Made by a program: the position numbers and the translations under genes
Shown: one piece after another, positions 47,372 through 60,484 of the stretch
How the letters are laid out: every line of letters starts with the position of its first letter
Numbering within the stretch: position 1 is the first letter of the stretch
Source: the human T2T-CHM13v2.0 reference genome, Homo sapiens
Strand: one strand, 5' to 3'
Length of the DNA stretch: 64,000 nt
Assembly: GCF_009914755.1 (NCBI RefSeq)
Contig: NC_060934.1
The notes under the pieces: model-generated
The model's database searches: none
Told to the model about the DNA's origin: nothing
What the model saw: only the letters and a program-made list of their open reading frames with translations

Positions 47372-49026
47372 CCTCCACCTACCAAGTTCTGGCTTTATCT
47401 TTTATTCTGCTGCACTTCAACTCAAGGACCCAACCTTGATGTCTCTCTGTGTCCCACTATAATAAGTACGAACAATAAAACCTGATTTATCAGCGGCCCT
47501 CAGGTATGGCAACTCACAACAACACAAGGTAGCATTTGCATTTCTGCTGTAATAAAACATCATGCACGAAGGCCCAGCCAGAGAAAATGGCAGGAGGCTG
47601 CAGGGAGCTGGGAGAAAGGAGAGCATCTTCCCTGAGTCCTGAGCCTAGGCAGAGGCTAATGCCTTCCCAACCTGCTCAGAAAGATTAGACAAACAAAACC
47701 CAAACACAGAAAGAGATGCAAATATCCCCAGGAACTAGGACAAGTATGAGCTCGGCTCCAAATGTCAATTACTGGAAGTCTCCAGAGCCTGGTTAAAAAT
47801 AGATATGCAGGTTTCTTTGTTCACTTGTCAGAAAGGGTCATCCCATCACATCAGATTTCCATCACTCTCTTATCACCCAATAGCTGAGTTGTCAACCATT
47901 TGCAACTGTAAGTCTTGGTTACAATGCTGTCACAGCGTCCAAATTAGTATGCGTCCTTTCAATTTTATCCAAATACCCGGGGCTCCAGGTTTCACAGGAA
48001 GTGCATGGAAAGGCTCATGAACATAATATATGTAAGCATTACTATAACCAGGTTGTTGTTGTTGTTGTTTTTCAAATGCCTCTGTATGTTTGTGCAAAGA
48101 CAGAGAAAGGATGGAAGCAGAGACCAGTGGCAAATCGCCCATAGGCGAGATGGGTAACCAAGAGGCCGTGCGGGGTGCAGCTAGGGAGAACCACGTCCCA
48201 TTTTCCATTTCTGCCATCACCTCGCTTAGAGACCATGAGAAAGTCCCTCGTGCTGCAGTTTTCCTCTACCCTGTAGTTAGACGAATCCCTAGCTACCCAC
48301 CTTTGCCCAAGAAATACTGTACAAATGAATTAGATTTAGTCTGAATGCCTCATGAACTTCTCCTGCGAAAAGTGCTTAAATCTGCAGTCAACTCCAAATT
48401 AGACTTGGTAATTGAAGGAGAAGCGGTACCGATATTCCCAAATAACAGACAATCTAAAAGTCATTTTGACTTGATTCTGGTATGCAGTGTTTGATTTTGG
48501 AGGGGAGCGGCAGATTTGCTTCCTTAATTAGTTTTAGCTTAAGCTGGTATTAAACTTATATTCTATTTCATTCCATGAGCCCTGCCTTGCTTGAAACAAA
48601 AAGAGGAGGAACAGGAAGGAGAGGCCCAAAATGTAAATGTTACCACTAAAAATGGGGAGAAGGGGGAAACAGCCACAAAACAAATGATTTCCAAAATCTC
48701 AATCAATCTAGATTTAACTTTAGAGAGAGGAAGGTATGCTTCACTTCTTTCTTTTGGCTAGGGATTTCCTTTTCACTTGACTGGCCCCTTTATGTCTCTG
48801 ACCTATGAGCTTTGAAATTTAACCTTGCTAAGGAACTCCTCCCAGCCTGCCAGTCCAAATAAATCACTGTAGTTGTGTCAACGTTTGAGCCATCTTAACC
48901 AAGCTTATTACATCTCTACAATAATTCCTCCCACAAATAAACAAGCATTTTAAGAATTCACTGTCTCTCTAAAAACTTTTGCAGACCCATTTTGGGTAAC
49001 AAAATTTTATTAGAACTCAGGTGGAC

Positions 49027-49311
49027 TTTTGAGATGGAGTCTCACTCTGTCACCCAGGCTGGAGTACCATGGCACAATCCTGGCGCACTGCAACTTCCGC
49101 CTCCTAGGTTCAAGTGATTCTCCTGCCTCAGCCTCCTGAGTAGCTGGGATTACAGGTGCCTGTCACTAGGCCCAGCTAATTTTCTGTATTTTTAGTAGAG
49201 ACGGGTTTTCGCCATGTTGGCCACACTGGTCTCGAACTCCTGACCTCATGGTTCACCCACCTAGGCCTCCCAAAGTGCTGGGATTACAGGCATAAGCCAT
49301 CGTGCCCAACC
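49027..49311 (-). mobile_element. AluS (Sg-like), almost no A tail
   Basis: Full dimer with only 4 T before GAGATGGAGTC. Confidence 0.93.
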
Positions 49312-49574
49312 CCTTTTTAAAAATATAACAATTTTATTTCTCTGGCCCTTTCTTTATCTAAGATTTTTCCCCCTAAATAGCTACAAAAGCAGAGATCCTG
49401 CAGAATTCACTCTTTCAAAACCATTTATAGGGTTTACCCAAAGGGTCATCCCACTCTCCTTGACAGCATCAGCAATTCCGCTACCTCCTCCAGAACCAAC
49501 CCGACTTCTTCAGAACCTGCAGGTGTTGGAAAGCAGCACCTTCTATCGCTCTGTCTTTGACCTACAGATTCTAT

Positions 49575-49810
49575 AAAATAACAATTGATATTTATAGTTC
49601 TTACCATGTGCGGGGAACTGTTCTAAGCACTTCATATGTATTAATTTCTTTAGTTACAACTCTATAGAGTTGTAATTGTCTGCTTTTTACAGATGAGGAA
49701 ACCTGAGTTGGGAGATTAATTAAATGCATTCAGAACATGACTCAGCTAGTCCGTGTTCACTTGAGAATTCACAGCCAGGCATGCTGATTCCAGGGCACAG
49801 GTTTCTACTC
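49575..49810 (-). mobile_element. MIR
   Basis: CTGTTCTAAGCACTTCATATGTATTAA...TTTTACAGATGAGGAAACCTGAG. Confidence 0.8.
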
Positions 49811-51336
49811 CACACCTCCCCCTAAATGGTTCAGGCCTGACTTAACCAACAGTGAGACTGTCTTTCTATCCTGTCCAGGATCCAGATAGATCCTCCCCAC
49901 TGGGGCTCTACGAAGGATACAGAATATGATACTGAAGACTAAACAGGAAAACACAGCCCTTTCTACTATCAATGGTCTGGCACTGGCTGTCAATCATCAA
50001 TTAAAGCAGAATGTCTAGAGATGCGGAATGATGTTGTTAAATAGCTCCCTAGATGGTTCTAATGTACAGCTAGGGCTGAGAACCATCCATCAACATGAAT
50101 AGAAGGGAGAGGAGGAGAAGAGAATATAAAATGATGGGTAATAATAAAAATTGAGGTACATTACATTCTGAATCCCAACATTACCCCTGAGTATGAATCC
50201 CATTCAGTGCACAAAAACATGTAGCATTTTCTCAGACGAGGGAGAATTGCATGTAACTAAGTTAGACCTCCTTGTTTCTCGAAGGTACGATCACAGAACC
50301 CTAATCAATACAGCAGTGTAGTAGGCTGGGATGCTAACTTATACACGATCTCTTCTGCCTTGAAAGATCTGTGATTTTTAAAGACAAAATATTCCAATAT
50401 TTCTAAATGGCAGCCATGCAATGGATTAAAATATCCTTTTACCTCTGTTTTTCACTTTGCTTTTACGGTGGAACTTCTATCACTCTCACTTCAGTACTCT
50501 GTAAGCCAGATAATTATTTGAAACCCCTGCAGTCCCAGTGCCATGTCTGAGCAAAGATTTAATGTCTTGAGTCCTAGAGTGAGATTTCTGATTACCAAGA
50601 CTTCATTATCTTTATGAAACAAGCGACAGTACACTGACTGATGTACAGGGAAGTTTTATCATAGACTGTTAAGTCTGAACTACCATTGTCAAAACAAATA
50701 GAGGAAGCATATTGTGTGATTTACCTTCCTTGATTTTTTTTTCTGTCTGTTTGCATACCCACTCATCTGCAAGATTATAATGCACAATGGGGCTCTCTGT
50801 CATTAGTCTGAATTAGGAAGTTTCTACAGTATTTTGGAAATCAAACTGAAGTCCTTAGGAGGTTGAAATGCTTGAAATTATCTAAATGATTTTCATTATT
50901 GTAGCTCAGACTTTTATTAAACATGTTACTGCTTTCCAGAAATAGTGAACAATAATATAATAATTAATAATCAAACATACATCAAGGGGTACTTCATTTC
51001 AAACTATAAAATTAAAAGGCTGGTGATCAGCATCCCTGGCAGTGGAGTGGAGTCTCCCGTTTCTCTAGGAGACGCATTAGATGGGTAGTTGGGGCTTAGT
51101 TAACTCATAGGCAGGCACACTGCTTCCTCCCTCATCTCGCTGTCTGAACATATGTCTCCTGCGTCATGTCTGTTCAGACCCAACACGTGCTTCCACCATG
51201 GAAGTAGAAGTTTTAATTATGTTCATAATATTCAATAGCAAGAGAATGCCATCCCTGTTAGAATGCTCACCCACCCCATCCCCAGATCAGCCAAGCAGGA
51301 ATGCAGGAGCTTATATAAGATTTTTTTTTTTTTTTT

Positions 51337-51625
51337 CTGGGCATGGTGGCTCATGCCTGTAATCCAAACAAGTTGAAAAGCCAAGGTGGAAGGATCCCTT
51401 GAGGCCAGGAATTGAAGATCAGCCTGGGCAACATGGCGAGACCTGGTCTGTGCAGAAAATTTTAGTAGCCGGCGGTGGTGGCACAAGCCTGTAATCCTGG
51501 CTACTCAGGAGTCTGAGGTCGGAAGATCGCTTGAGCGTAGATATGTGAGGCTGCAGTGAGCTGTGATCGTGCCGCTGCACTCTAGCCTGGGCAACAGAGC
51601 TAGACCTTAACTCTAAAAGAAAAAA
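51337..51625 (+). mobile_element. AluJ (Jo-like)
   Basis: Diverged dimer; GAAGGATCCCTTGAGGCCAGGA. Confidence 0.9.
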
Positions 51626-52339
51626 TAAGGAATTTTCTTCCCTCCTATTCATCCTACCATACTTTTCTTCTAGACTATTCCACATATGAACGTAGTCACA
51701 AAATAAATTTGTGAAGCTCTCAAACTCTGTGCGTGTGTGAGTCCCATTTTCTGCTTCTTCCCCTCTCTCTCAGAAGTCAGCCTCCTTCCCTATTAAAAAA
51801 AAAAAAAAAAAAACCCTCAGGGTGAGACTTTTCCTTAGCCATGGAGTAACTCTCAGAGCATTTGCATTTAAATATTTAATTTCCTATTGTGGGATGAAAG
51901 GCTGTGATTGAACTACAGGGAGAGAGAGGGAGTGGTGGAAGTGTGGGGTAAAGAAATTCCACCTAAAATTATACGCAAAAATCTAGAGTGGAGCCTACAA
52001 CTTGCTATTTACTCATTTAGCACTTAAGAGATCAGAAAACAGCATAATGAGTTTGGGTTTGGGTTTGTATCTTTCCCCCCAAAAGCTTCTTGGATGTCCC
52101 CTGTCACTGAGCTGCTAAAATCACAATGGAGTCCAGATTCTTTATAAACCACTTAGATGATTGGATGTCCCCAGGTCCCGGTTCATGTATAACATTTGGC
52201 AACCTCGTAACACAGGAGGCCCATTCACCTGTAGAAGTCTGTGTGTCCCAGTTCGCCATGAACAATTCTAAATTATGCCACTCTGCCAGTGTAATCACTC
52301 CTTGTGTTGCCCATTGCTCTCTAGAATGCACCAGATGAT

Positions 52340-52790
52340 AAATCAGATGGTCACCTACTTATGATGTCCTTCATGGTCAGGCCCAGCCTCCACCCTGGTC
52401 TTCCTTCACTCACTGGTGCCACACTCTACATCCCAGCCGGACTGAGCTAACTTTGAACTATTTAAAATGTCTTTAACTTGCCAATTACACAAGGTGTTCT
52501 CTCAGTCTGCAGAGGGTGTCTCCCTTTCCTCCCTCCCTTCTCACTCCATCCCTGACTATTTTAGTCTCATCTTTCAAGTTTCAGAGTATATGATGCTTCT
52601 TTCAGGAAGCCAAGACTAGGCAGGAGTCCCTTTTACATGTACTTTTCTCAGTAGTACTTGATACATCATGTTGCTTTGATGATATCCTCAAAGGATAGAC
52701 CCTTATTCACACAGTACCTAGCTGGCACTAAGTAGACACTCACTAAAACTTGGGTTTCTTGAGTGAGTGGGTGAATAAATGAGTGAATGG
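52340..52790 (+). mobile_element. L2 3' relic
   Basis: CACAGTACCTAGCTGGCACTAAGTAGACACTCACTAAA...GAATAAATGAGTGAATG terminus. Confidence 0.65.
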
Positions 52791-53029
52791 ACATCAGTGG
52801 TGCAGGGGAAGTTTGCATTAATTCATCTCCCTGTTCATATGACTACTCCTGGCCTGAATGTTCCTCCAGCCCAGAACCGTCAGCATCCTCTATCAACATC
52901 CTCCACTTACAGTGTCTTAACCCAGAGTGTCTCCAGAATAAAGAAAGGCCTATGACCTTCAGGACACTCAAGGATGGGAAGAAAAGAGGCAAAAAGAAAT
53001 GAGATCCTCCAAATAGGAAAATGTGGTAG

Positions 53030-53230
53030 AATTCATGAGGTTTCACCCTGTAAAACGGACAGCAAGGGCCCAAGTTTTCCAAAAGGCCAGATATGAGCAT
53101 CATATGGTATTAGAAAACTAAGACTTGAAGAACTCAAGTGAATTGTCAAAAGTTACAGAGTGGTTAGTGGCAGAGTCAAGAAAAATACTCAAATTTCCAG
53201 ACACAAAGTCCAGTGACCTTTCTTTGCCTA
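53030..53230 (-). mobile_element. MIR
   Basis: GAAAACTAAGACTTGAAG..AAGTGAATTGTCAAAAGTTACAGAGTGGTTAGTGGCAGAGTCAAG. Confidence 0.65.
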
Positions 53231-53959
53231 GATTTTACAACTTTAAACGCTCTAGTTTTACCAAAACCTTAGGCAGCTAGATTTACAAGCCATGCAAAGA
53301 TATTACCATCTCTGTGCTCCTGCTGCTGCTTTGAAGAAGAGAAGATAAAGCCAATGAAAATATCAAACAAATCTCAGAAGGCCTTTAATGTTACAAGCAT
53401 GAACATAACTATTCCAACAAGACTAGCCCACTACTCGGATTTCATCTTCCAAAAGCCATCCCGACTCAGGAGTTTTTCAACCCTAGGGGGTCAATGCTGA
53501 AGTCCTGAGCTCTGGCATTTGGGGGTTACTGGTTTTCCTTCAATGTATCAATCTGGCTTAAATATTCAAATTCATTTGAAATGCTGGCTCTTTGAGTGTG
53601 AGTACTCTAGTAAAACTATAAATAACAAGTCAATTTTAGGGTGCTATTTTCAGATGCCAGATTTTACAATCACGCAGTTTGACTCAGAAATTCTCCAGTT
53701 GGGACTATATCCTCAATCTCCAGATAATTTCTTAAATATCAGCAAAATCCTGGATACCTGATGCTCTGAGGAACTTTTTATTATGTCAAGCAGGGTAAAA
53801 TATTTGTATTTTTAATTTGGGGTAGGAAAAATTGTTCACCCAAATGAAGTAAATGTCAGGTCATGGTGAAATGATAGTTGTCACTAAATATTTGAATGGT
53901 GACAATGTTAGATGTCTTCCTTACTAATCTAGATGGCAAAACTAGAAAAATTGAATGAA

Positions 53960-54165
53960 GTATACGAAGACAGAAATTTGGTTCACATGAAGGAAACCAT
54001 CCCTCCCCATCAGAGGTGGTCAGCAATAAAGGAACCTGCCACAAGGATCTGTGATCAGTTTGTCAGTGCTGAAGCAGAAGCGGACGAAATGACCATCTGT
54101 CCAGGACGCTGAAGACAAGATTCCTGCATTGGGTGGCAGGGCTGAACAAGACAATCTCGTTTTTG
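53960..54165 (+). mobile_element. L3/CR1 3' relic
   Basis: ATGACCATCTGTCCAGGACGCTG...ATTCCTGCATTGGGTGGCAGGGCTGAACAAGA. Confidence 0.55.
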
Positions 54166-54669
54166 ATAATTTACTTCTTATAACAGGCATTGCGTGCCTG
54201 AGATCCTATAAACTATAAACTGATTTTAATAAGGTTTGGATTATTCGTTTAAATCAACTATTACTAAGCCTCTAAATTCACCCTTTGCTAAATTTTATGT
54301 AGAGAGGACTTCAGGGACATGGACCTAATCCCTACAAGGTGAAATACAAGCAGAAAAAGAGGAATAAATATAATTTTATGCATTAGATACTATCTTTAAC
54401 GTATATTATCAATGCAAGTTAAAATGGAACAACTTCAGAGAACGGTGACATTTCACCAATTATTGGCAGTTAGTATCTTCATATAAACAAAGGCTTTAGG
54501 AGCTGACTTGGAAGAGAATAGTCATAAAAACACCACATATTTGAGGCAGGGAGCAAATTCAAAGGGCGTAAAAGAAAAAACATCAATACATTGTTAAATT
54601 AGTGTTACCCATTGCACAGTATTTCATTGCACTGGCCTAGTCCACAAGCTCAGAAACTCAGGGTCATGT

Positions 54670-54810
54670 TTAGAAACTATAAGCTCAGAACCAGAAGACA
54701 CTCTGGAATGCTACCCTCTGGCTTTACAGAAGAGGAAATTGAGACCCAAGAAGGTGAATGGCTTCCCTGTAGTTCATGAGATTCCACAGTGCTGAGAGAC
54801 ATTAGTACTC
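54670..54810 (-). mobile_element. MIR
   Basis: TTTACAGAAGAGGAAATTGAGACCCAAGAAGGTGAATGGCTT. Confidence 0.65.
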
Positions 54811-55278
54811 TTTCTGGTCAAAGTAATTAATTTATGTATGGCTGGTACCTTGGGACAAGGGCAATGACATTAAATGATTCTGAAAACACAAAAGCAAAAA
54901 ACCAGCTTGGCATATATAAAATACCTCCAAATTAAAACTTAACAAATATAATATCAGTGTGCAAAATGAATGGAAAGCAAGATAATATTACAGTGCTTCA
55001 TGATAAGAAAAGTCAGTGACTCAAGAAAGAAGAGGAAATCATAGGAAAAGGGTTATAGATTATTCTATTTTAGAGCTATTTCTCTTCTCTTCCTCTCTTT
55101 TTATTAACAATAGCTCATGGTGAGATCTTGCCTTGGAATCTGATGGAAATAGCAGTATTGAGTGAAGGACAAAGTCTACATACATATATGATTGAAATAA
55201 TATACTGGGAATGGTTGAAAATTATATGTAAGAAATAATAATCCTCTGAGTGTGTTGTTATTCACCTTGACCCCTCCA

Positions 55279-55315
55279 AACACACACACACCCTCACACA
55301 CACGCACACGCACAC
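55279..55315. repeat. Imperfect (CA)n
   Basis: Direct reading of the sequence. Confidence 0.85.
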
Positions 55316-57418
55316 CGTATAGGAACATGCACGTACATCCAAATAGGCTAAATTTATATCTAGAAAAATGAATGCGTCATTATATAACCTACATAAAGGC
55401 AAATGCTATTTCTGGCCTGTGGTCTTTAAGCTGCCTGCCCTTGCAAGGTGTTACGTATGCAATATATGCTTAATAAATACTCATATATGGGAAGGATGAT
55501 GATGATAACAACCTTTGCCAAATGCCAATTACAGGACATCCAGTCAACGCTTCATGGGTCAATACATCAGCAGAAAGGAAGCGGCAAATGGAATTAAAAT
55601 AATGTATCTGTTTGTTCATTGTTAATGGCTGCTATGAATTTGAATTAGGCCAGTAATTGCTTCCCTGATATGAGAGCAAAATGCCAAGGTAAAGACTGTA
55701 ATTAACATTCAGAAGGAATGGAGGCTCAGAGAATGGGGACTTCTTTCAAAAGAAATCTCCAGTTTCCTCTTTGCCTCTTCCAAACCTCTTCCTAACTTCT
55801 TAGCATTCTTGTATTTCAAAATTGTTTTTGTTGTTATTTTTTAATCTCCCTCCTTCCTCCCCACGCCCACCCTGCTTTTAACTGTTGTTCCCAACTTTGA
55901 AGCTTGCAAAATTGATGTGATTTTAAAATAGTACTTCTTTTCTATGAAAGATTAGGGACTAGGAAGTAAACCAGCCAGCAATAATGGAAGTCCTGATGAG
56001 GGGAATATGTGAAGGTGGATGAGACACAGAATTTTTCAAATAACATTGATTTTCCAAGCTACTCAGGATCCAAGGGGAAGTTTAAATGTTTTCCTTTTGT
56101 TATTTCTGATCACTGTTTAACAGGAAAAGGGCGAGGCAGTGGTCTAACATGTCCAAAAAAGACAACTTGTCTCAGTTACATCCATTAAGAAATGAATAAT
56201 GGCAATTATGATCGATTTTAAAAATCCGGCACTCAGTTTTCTTTGATTTCCCTCAGCTGGCATCAATGTGTGATCTCTTACTTCTTGTACTGGCTTGGTA
56301 TGTGAATACGTGGTATGTGTTTGACCAACCTAACTCTCCCCACGAAGTAACACTGTTATAGAAGGGGGAGCTTTCTTCCCCAGGGGACCTGATGGCTTTG
56401 TGCTTGTGCGAATAACAAGACTAAGAATATATGCTTCATTCTTTCTTTCCCTGGTGGCTCCTGGATCTGCCTGGATTCCAGGACCCCAAAACAATGTTTC
56501 CAGTCAGGATTCCACAATACAGTCATGAAAACTCACTGAGCCCTGACTGCCACTTTGCAAGGACTCAAACTCATATGGCTCTAAAGGAATGCTTTAAATA
56601 CCAAACAAAACCCAGTTTTCCTCACTAGAGCATGGGGCACACTGATAGTATGCTTGAAGCAAAATAAAGGGAGAAAAATGCATTTCTCAAAATACTCAGG
56701 CAGGCTGTTGCCATCATAAAGTTGTTACCGTCGTCATAAAGCAGGGTAAAGAAGTAGATTTGAGACTCCATTGTCTGGGGATAATTAGTGTCTAGGCAAA
56801 AATTTCCTGACCAGAACTTCGTATCTTGAAGTAGGAATAATTACAGGGAAACCAGAAGCAGTTTAATCAGTGGGCATCACTTATTCAAGAAACATATATT
56901 AAGCACATGCTCCACAAATGGTACCATTTTATAAGCATAACGAAGTACAGCAGAAGTAGGTTTTGATCTGGTAATATGATTAAGGAACAAACAGTTTGGG
57001 TGAAAATCAATTGCCCTGGCTACCTACTACCTGGTGAGCTTGAAATCTGATTTTTTTTTTCTCACTGTTGTTTCTCTTTTAGAATGACTTTAAAATGTCA
57101 GATTTTGTCTCAGGAGCAGTAAGGGTCCCATCTGCAATATCAGTGACACATAAAAACTTCACGAGAAACACTAAAATGCATTAATGGAATCAGTAGAAAG
57201 CTATGGACATTTTGATGTACTTATAATTTAATACCCTCCTCATTTTCTTTTTTAAAAGTGAAACAAATGGCATACAACTGAGACGTTGATACTGGTTAGA
57301 GAAATGGCCTAACAGAAAAATAAACTAAGTACTCTCAACCCATTTTAAAATTAAGGTGAGTGCTAAGAATTAACTGTGGTTTTTAGAGTTTTTCTTTAGT
57401 TTTTCCTTTATTCTTAAT

Positions 57419-57622
57419 CAGAGTTTCTTAACCTTGATTGACACTTTTGATATTTTGGTCCAGAGAATTGTTTGCGGGGCTGTCCTGGGTGTCTGGGAAG
57501 GGTTGCAGTGGTCCTGGCCTCTACCTTCTGGATGCAACAGCAGCATCCTCCCAGTGTGAAAAGCAAAACTCTCTCTGTCTCTAGACATTGCCAAATCACC
57601 CCCTCCCTATAGAGAACCATTG
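57419..57622 (-). mobile_element. MER20 (hAT-Charlie)
   Basis: CAGAGTTTCTTAACCTTG..TTGATATTTTGG..GGGGCTGTCCTG..CCTGGCCTCTACC..CTAGACATTGCCAAAT..GAGAACCATTG. Confidence 0.85.
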
Positions 57623-58028
57623 CTTTATATTGACGCCTAAAAGATAGCCAATCATGTGACTTGCTATTGGCCATAAGAGCAAATTTGGAATTCAGTATAT
57701 GACAGATGCTGTCAGTTACACCAAAAAATCACATAGGCCAGGAGCTATGACATTATAGAATTAATATTTGTATTGTGTTTCTTATGGGTTTTGTTTCTTA
57801 AGAAAAAGATGACAGGCTTTGTGATTGGCTGGTGTCAGGGTTGCATATCTGAGTCACAAGGATACTGGGTTGCATTTGAGTCCCTGGGGTACTGTGTTCA
57901 TTGTCCAGTCTCCAAAGTCCATTCCTGACCTGCACAGAGCAGAGGTGACCTGGAGCAATTGCCCCAGTTTGTACATCTGAAGGTTAGTTATAAAAAGTAA
58001 CCACATGCACCATGAAAATAGAGGCAGG

Positions 58029-58328
<300 letters not shown>

Positions 58329-58577
58329 AAATAGAGAGGGTAAAAAGTGAATGTATTTGTTTCACTACCAGTTCACCTATTGGGAGGATGGCTAAATGTT
58401 TATGTCTGGATGTGCAAGGAAGAAGCCGAGCAGTTCTCAACATCCCAAGGCCATCATTTTCCTGTTTATAGAATAGTTTGGGAGCCACTTTTCCCTGAAT
58501 TTCCTCATCTCAGAAGATTTAGCATGTCTTCCCAGATTCACTATATATAGTCCCTTGGAAATTGGTAGGATAGAGAC

Positions 58578-58603
58578 AAAAAAAAAAAAAAAAAAAAAAA
58601 AAA
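58578..58603. repeat. A26 homopolymer
   Basis: Direct reading of the sequence. Confidence 0.9.
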
Positions 58604-58749
58604 CTGGAATCTCTCAGAATAGGGCAAGTTCATGGCCTTTGAATGGCAGGTCATCTGAGGCTTACATGATAGATCACACCCACGTCCATCCATCAGAGAA
58701 GCTTTGGCTCCTCAGAAGACACAAGAACGTTCAGAGTGTGCAGCTCTTA

Positions 58750-59840
58750 ATTCGCACTTCAGTAGCACTTGTCATGGTTGACTACGCGCTTCTCTAATCA
58801 CTTTATTCTGTTGACTTCCATGATTTATATTTGCCTAGTTTCTCTACTACATCACCGGTTGTAGGCCATTTTTTTCTAAGCTCCTCTAATGGACCCTCTT
58901 TTTTTTAACCAAAGCTATAAATATTGCAAGGTTTATAGGCCCTCCTTTCCTACCCTCTTCTGAGTGATTGCATCTAGCCCCATGGTTTCAAATACAACGA
59001 GCAATGAAATATTTTCACAGCCTAGACTATTCTACTGAGACCAGTATTCAGACATCCAACTCCTACCTGGCATCTTCATCTGAAATGGGTATTTCAAACT
59101 TAACACGGCCAAAGTACAGACGTTTGATTCTCCATATTCACTTCTACCCATTAGTTCACTCATGCCTCCATCATCTCTCAGGCTATGAGTCATCCTTTCT
59201 TTGCTTTGCTCTCCAAAATATATTCCAACTTCCACCACCACTCACCTTCTCCACTGCTAGTTACATCCTAGTGCACACCACTGGTATCTCCTTCCTGGAT
59301 GAATCCAATCATCTCCCAAATGTTGCTCCGTCAACAAAGCAATCTTTCAAAAGCTTGAAATCCTCTGCTCCCATGATACTTGAGCTAAGCCCCAGCCCTT
59401 GGTAAAATAGGCAAGGCCTCCAAAACCTGGCCCTTACCTCCACCATCCTTCCTGTCCATCCCAACAAAATGGTCCCAATGGACCTTATTTCTGTTCTACA
59501 ATACATTAAGTTTGCTTCCATTAGAAAACCTTTGCCTACTGTTCCTTTTGTTTCTGACACCCTTTCCTAAATCCTTCCCCTATCCCCAATGGTCTTTCCT
59601 CAAAAGGCCTTCGTAACCTGCTAGAGCAGCCCCACCTTCTGTCACAGAAGCAGAACATTAACCTCTTTTCTCTTACTCATAATGTCTATTCCTGAAATTA
59701 TCTTATTTTTTATGTACGCATTGCTTGTTCTCATCACTGGAAGGCATGTCCCTTGTCAGCAGTGACTCTACGGTGTTCATTGCTGTGTCCCCAGAGCCTA
59801 GAACAGTGCCTGACACAGAGAACTTCAGTAAACACTTGGG
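58750..59840 (+). mobile_element. L2a relic (~1.1 kb)
   Basis: CCCATGGTTTCAAATAC, ATCCAACTCCTACCTGGCATCTTC, TCAAACTTAACA and the 3' end GTTCATTGCTGTGTCCCCAGAGCCTAGAACAGTGCCTGACACA. Confidence 0.85.
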
Positions 59841-60182
59841 GCTGACTATCTAGATGTCATCTAAACAATGGAAGAACCCATCACAAGTTACATGCTGCTG
59901 AGTAAGGCAACTGCCTGGTTGTGTCATGTGCCTGCCTACCTGCAGAGTGCAGTTATCCATGTTGAGAATTGCAGATAATCACCTACGACCCTTCGGTGAT
60001 TTTGATATATGAACTATTCAGGTGAACTACTGTTTTGAGACAGCTTCAAATTCTGGTATGCCATGCAATTCTGCTTTCACATTTTTGATTACCTCTAAGA
60101 CCTATTCATATGCAATTGAGTCAAGGACAGGATAAACTGTTGTAAATGACTTGAACTAGCAACAAAAGAAAATATGGGGATA

Positions 60183-60484
60183 GGCCGGGCACGGTGGCTC
60201 ATGCCTGTATTCCCAGCACTTTAGGAGGCTGAGGCAGGTGGATCACTTGAGATCAGGAGTTCGAGACCAGCCTGGCCAACGTGGTGAAACCCCATCTCTA
60301 CTAAAAATACAAAACTTAGCTGGGTGTGGCGGCACGTATCTGTAATCCTAGCTTCTCAGGAGGCTGAGGCAGGAGAATAGCTTGAACCTGGGAGGTGAAG
60401 ATTCCAGTGAGTGGAGATTGCATCGCCGCACTCCAGCCTGGGCAACAGAGTGAGAATCCATCTCAAAAAAAGAAAAGAAAAAGG
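60183..60484 (+). mobile_element. AluS (Sx/Sz-like)
   Basis: Full dimer; TSD AAATATGGG(G/T)ATA. Confidence 0.95.

Noticed and set aside
58578-58603. Isolated A26 (and the A-run at ~51795-51813) as a processed pseudogene tail
   Set aside because: No upstream ORF, no suitably placed polyadenylation signal and no TSD visible.
58968-59405. 145-aa ORF
   Set aside because: It lies inside an L2 relic and has a non-ATG start; a chance open frame.
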